Below, piece by piece: positions 59,319 through 64,000 of a stretch of DNA of 64,000 bases (position 1 is the first letter of the stretch; each line of letters begins with the position of its first letter). Origin of the DNA: Selaginella moellendorffii (Eukaryota; Plantae; Lycopodiophyta); assembly GCF_000143415.4 (NCBI RefSeq), contig NW_003314261.1:4442691-4506690 (forward strand), in the 5' to 3' direction. The position numbers were made by a program, and so were the translations under genes. The notes below the pieces were generated by a model. It was given only the letters and a program-made list of their open reading frames with translations, was not told the origin of the DNA and did no database searches.

Positions 59319-60869
59319 TCAAGTCCATCTTCGCTATCGAACAAACCCAAGCAAGCCACGCTCAAAACGAGCTCACCGATGGAAAGCCTGCCAGTCCAGC
59401 CCCGAGCGGCAATCCCACCGCCAAAGTAGAATGGAAGACGATCTTCACAACTCTGCTCCTGCTGAGAAGCTTGATGAAGAACTCGGTGAAGAAGTGCGTG
59501 CAAGCATGGACGAGGCACGAGAGCAGCCACACCACCATCCAGTTCCATCCCTGTCCGCCCAAGAGGTAGACGATCTCTTTCCCGACCACGCCGACACACG
59601 AGCCCCCAACCATGAAGATGGTCATCGGCATTGCGCGCTTCGTGGAGCTGAGCGTCTTCTTGCAGATGAAGAGCAGCAGCAGGCACAGCAGCACTCCGAG
59701 GATCGCTCCAGCGCTGCCTCTGGCGATGCAAAGCCAGTAGTTTGTGTTGCCCGTGATAGATCCGACGAAGTTATACCATGCCTTGAAAACGAAAACGAAT
59801 GTTCAGGCGAAAGAAGAGAGGAAAACAAAAGCTCACGAACCTGTTTAGTAGCAGGAGCCGCAGAACACGAGTCTCTCAGCGTCGAGAACCACTCTGGAAG
59901 GTTTCTCCACACGCAGAAAGCCGTGAACGCGAACATGATGAGCAAGCCCGCGAGGAAGTAGTCGGACGTGGATCTCCGAAAGTCGGCACAGGCGGCGGCC
60001 ATTTCGTCTCGTCCAGCCTTGGAGACGTTGAACTTGAGTGTGCTCTTGCTCACGTCCAGCGTCTCCTTGCCGATGTCGATCGATGCTTCTTGCATGTCCA
60101 GCTCTCGCTCCTTGAGCTTCAAGCCCCTCATCGCGCAGACGAGCTCCATCTCCTTGAGAGAGTTGCTTCGCCTTTGCTCCATCAGCGTCTCTTGAAAGAT
60201 GGCGACGCTGCTACCAGTGGTAAACGCCACAAGCTCTTCCGTTCCCCCGGAGTCTTCCTCTTCCTCCACGAAGTACTCCATTTCCTCCACTTCATGGTAC
60301 TGCTCTTGGGATTTCCCTTCCACGAATCCATCCTCCTCCACGATCGACTCTTTCTCCGGATCCGTGATCTCCGGTCTTGGAGCCCCTGATTGCTGGGAAA
60401 CTCTTGTGAACTCCCGTCTTGATCGCTGGAAATCTTTCGAGCACCGACATTTGCCACCGTCCTTCGCTGTTACCTGAGAGCTCGATCTTTCTCTTTCCCG
60501 CTCTCTCTCACCAAAGATCCTGGCGCCGCTTCTCCGATCGCCGAGATCTTCCACACTGGAGCTCCGATCCCCGCGTTTCTCCTTCAAATCCGAGTAGCTA
60601 GTCGAGAAAGACTCGACCAGATCTTCTACTATGGACTCAGTCGTCTCCAGGGAGCTCACTTGGCACAGATGCCCTCGCGCTAAAACTCCCAGCAGCTCTG
60701 CCAGGAATTCCACCCCATCGTTGGCGCGGGACTGGAGAAAGAGAGAAAACGATCACAACCTGGAAGCAATACAATACCATTGTCTTACCACCGTGACCAG
60801 CCCTGCCATAGTCTTGCCCAGCGCGTCAATGACAGCGTTCTCGTCTGGATCGTCGCTCTCCACCGCCAT
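59319..60869 (-). CDS. CPR5: CPR5-like nuclear-pore membrane protein (multi-exon)
   Basis: QRRSNSLKEMEL...LKLKEREL, DYFLAGLLIM, MPMTIF...GVVGK.IV..LGG.G..W...W...C..H. The 3' end is uncertain. Confidence 0.7.
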
Positions 60870-61055
60870 CGCTCGCTACTCCGCTAGAACCCTAAATCTC
60901 AAAATAAAAGGAAAATATACGTTAGTGGGGATCCAAAATAAAAGGAAGATATACGTTAGTACTTCTACTTACCACCTATGGGAGGTTTAAAGATGGCAGT
61001 CAATTAATCGATCAAAGCGTTCAAAGCGAAAACGCTGCCATTTCGTGACAAGAAT

Positions 61056-62330
61056 TCAATCCTCTCGTTTGTGCCGCATCGTCCACACAAAGTTCCGCCT
61101 CTCACAATCCTCAAACATGTTGATCCGCCACGGAACTTGCGCGATGATCTTGTCACGCACCACCGCGAAGCTCACCTGATCGCGCGGCGTGAACCTGTCC
61201 AGCTCGTTGAACCAGAGGCACGAGAAGAGATTGGTGAGCGGCGTGTGCTCCCTCAGCACAACGCAGCTCTCGGGGACGTCGCTCACCAGCGGCATCCTGG
61301 CGGCGCGATCATACGGAAGGAGCCCCTCGTGCGTACGGTAGAAGTCCATCTGGGCATCGAGCTTGGCCTTGCTGTGGTACCTCCGCTCCCGGATGATGGC
61401 CTCGGCCTCCTGGAACGCGTCCGCGCGCTCGAAATGGTTGGAGATGGCCATGGTGTCGTTGCTCCTCCACAGGAATCTCTCGAGGATCTGGATGGGATCC
61501 ACCACCATCTGGAGCTTGGCGTCGATCCAGATGGAGAAGCGCGCGTTTGGGACAAGCCTGTGCAGTAGCATCTTTGGAATCTTGCCCTTGTATCGGTTGT
61601 CTCCCTCATATGCGTTGCTTCGTACGAGGATGGTCCGCCACGCCCCAGCTTGAGCTCCTTCGATCCGGAAAGATTCCAGCGTTTCGACGTCGACGAACAT
61701 CGCGAAGCAAACCGTCCTGGCGCTGGTGCTGCTCAGCTTTTTGGGCTGCTTGAGCACGTCATAGTTGCCAAAGATTGCGGACGCCACCACGATTCCCCTG
61801 CATTCTCGGAGGTAATCCATGTCTGCCTCGTCCTGGATCTCGAATCCGGAGCCCTCTCTCCCTGGCTCCACTCCGGCCCTGGTGAATCCACACGGAACTT
61901 CCATCGACTCTTGGATCTTGAAGGATCTCTCTCGCTCTTCAAGGCTGAAACTTCCGCCAAATGGTGTGGAGTTTCGTGAGTCTGCACGGTGGAGATAAGC
62001 AAGCTTCGAGAGAATAAGTTCTGGGAAGATCCCTTGCGGGGGCAGTGCTTTCAGTGCTTGGTCTACTGGAAGATAGCAGACCTGACACTGCCCAAACCAA
62101 CAGGGACTTTGGAATCTGAGGCAGGGATGGCCTTGGGGAAGCGGTGGATCCATGAAACTCGTGGGCGGGAGTAATCGAATAACTGGATGACTGCTAGAAA
62201 AGGCTATCATGCGTTTTATGACATCTCCATCGTTTATCAAACTCCATGACACCCACAATACAACCATCAAATTACAAATAACAAGAACAATAAAAGGTTT
62301 CCCCATTACTTTACCTATTTTCCAAATCAT
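61056..62330 (-). CDS. DUF616 (MUCI70/TOD1-like) glycosyltransferase-like type II membrane protein, intronless
   Basis: GHPC, VCYLPV, VVASAIFGNYD, KIPKMLLHRL.PNARFSIWIDAKL, NLFSCLWFNE.DRFT.RDQ.SF. Confidence 0.9.
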   Translation of the reverse strand: MIWKIGKVMGKPFIVLVICNLMVVLWVSWSLINDGDVIKRMIAFSSSHPVIRLLPPTSFMDPPLPQGHPCLRFQSPCWFGQCQVCYLPVDQALKALPPQGIFPELILSKLAYLHRADSRNSTPFGGSFSLEERERSFKIQESMEVPCGFTRAGVEPGREGSGFEIQDEADMDYLRECRGIVVASAIFGNYDVLKQPKKLSSTSARTVCFAMFVDVETLESFRIEGAQAGAWRTILVRSNAYEGDNRYKGKIPKMLLHRLVPNARFSIWIDAKLQMVVDPIQILERFLWRSNDTMAISNHFERADAFQEAEAIIRERRYHSKAKLDAQMDFYRTHEGLLPYDRAARMPLVSDVPESCVVLREHTPLTNLFSCLWFNELDRFTPRDQVSFAVVRDKIIAQVPWRINMFEDCERRNFVWTMRHKRED

Positions 62331-63599
62331 GTATTAAAGGTTGCACAATGAAGATTTTCCAGCTTACAAGTGGCACACATAAAATAGTTTGCCATATGTA
62401 ACTTGTTTATAATAATTTGCTAGGCATTGTTGCACGCAATGGTTTTATGGAGTGCAATTTGTAAGTAAAAGATGCATACATTTGCCTTCCAAATAGAATA
62501 TTCTTAATGCTTTTCCAAAATCTACTACGGCCATGATGCCATGCCCATCCCATGGGACAATGGGCCATCTCGGCGTTTAATAGACCCATCCCATGGAGCA
62601 TAAAACCATCCACCAAAGCTGAATCTGCTAACTTCGATTTAAACTTGGACTTTGAGTGGGTTGTGTTATATAGTAGTGACTCAGCTCTTTGGAAGGCTGG
62701 TTTGCATGGGATTAGAGTATTTGTAGTCATTAACAAGAGCAGAAGACCTATTGCTACTACACAGCAAGCAAAGGCTCATATCATATGAGTTCTCACATTC
62801 CCACCCATAAAAAGGCTGAGGCAAAGAGTTAGTAGTTGGGACAAGGTTGGGAACTTCAGATATGATGTTGAAGTAATTACTCTTCCTTCTAATGTTGATG
62901 TTCTAGTGATGCATATCAATACAATGCAAACTCATCAAGTTCATGAAATTAGACTGTAGTAACCATGTCTCTTACTTCTTGTCCTTGCTGCAATACTAAC
63001 CACAGATGAGCTAGTTTGTGATCCCCCAACTGCTTGATCCTCTATAGCTCTAGGTTGACAGACTTATTTGGGATGATCTATAAATTGGTTGCCACTATGC
63101 TGAATTTGCCTGTCAGCTGCTGTGTGGTCTTCTTCTCAGATTGAACAGACTCTTGGTCTTGCTGTTCTCAGCTCCCATTGTCAGGAATTGGAGTTCCAAC
63201 ATTTGGATCTGCTTCTCTAGCTCGCTTAAATGCGTGAGGATGCAAGTACACCCAGAGCACTCCCATCGCCAGGCCGAATTGTCATTGTAAGATGAAGAGT
63301 GGAAGAGGCCACCTTCCTTCCCTAACACCATAATCTCATGTCAAATTTCTGCTACACAACTACTTCAGGGCTCAAATGCAATCTATCACAGCATGCTCAT
63401 GAATACTCTCACATAAAAACCATATAGTTTGAATAAAATAAAACTAGGTGAATATGGTTTAACCATACATGTATTTTACATATATGAGATCCGACTGATT
63501 TTCTTAAAGCATAGTTATGAAACTAGTTATAAATATATTTAATATATGATTTTAAAAATCAATCTAGTGGATAAAATATTATTATCTCAAGAAATATTC

Positions 63600-64000
63600 T
63601 AAAAATATAAATTGATGTGTGTTTTAATGTAGTTAATATATGATTCTCTCAATAATTATTCTGAAAATGAAATATAATTTTTTTTAATATAGATAATATT
63701 GTGGTGTATCATATGTAAACAAACTAGAATAAAATATGGTTTTAAATATAGATAACATATAATTCTTAAGCATTACTCTAGGATTAGAATATAATATAGT
63801 GTTCAATATAGATATTGTTGTGCTGTATTATTTGTAATACAAACTGGAAGACAATATAGATTTTAGTGTATGGAAAATGGTTCTTTCAAGATTAATCTGA
63901 CATTAAAAAATAATATAGTTTTCAATCTAGATAGGGTTATGGTGTAATAAATTTAATACAGAACTAGAATATAATATCATTTTTAATGTTGATGATATTT
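63600..64000. repeat. Degenerate AT-rich ~60-bp tandem repeat
   Basis: (a/g)aactagaat...aatat...tt recurs at ~63661, 63721, 63782, 63841, 63901 and 63961. Confidence 0.6.

Overview
This is eukaryotic land-plant nuclear DNA: very gene-dense, with tiny (about 40-120 nt) GT-AG introns, telo-box promoters and PLS-type PPR genes. The architecture strongly suggests a Selaginella (lycophyte)-type genome (inference). The first ~18 kb is a rearranged accessory zone. It holds a secreted, intronless GH71 alpha-1,3-glucanase, a hAT transposase remnant, and a ~4.6-kb tandem duplication carrying a stand-alone protein resembling the N-terminal MACPF-like domain of animal very large inducible GTPases (GVIN/VLIG) plus an orphan coiled-coil gene. 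CCT3 and a PPR gene follow, and the block is bracketed by a ~570-bp direct repeat. The rest is mostly conserved genes: H2A.X, RPL10, a TPR protein, LEA2/NHL, CSN6, two lipoxygenases, RabE, an ankyrin-MEKK kinase, TFIIIC110-like, UTP11, ERF, NF-YB, TGD5, two ERH paralogues, a type I H+-PPase, CPR5-like and a DUF616 protein. It also holds a spliced KirBac/Kir-fold channel gene with no GYG filter and a probable transit peptide, plus its pseudogene copy. The best leads are the Kir-like channel, the GVIN-like MACPF protein, the GH71 and the ANK-MEKK fusion. All family assignments come from motif recognition by eye; no searches were run.
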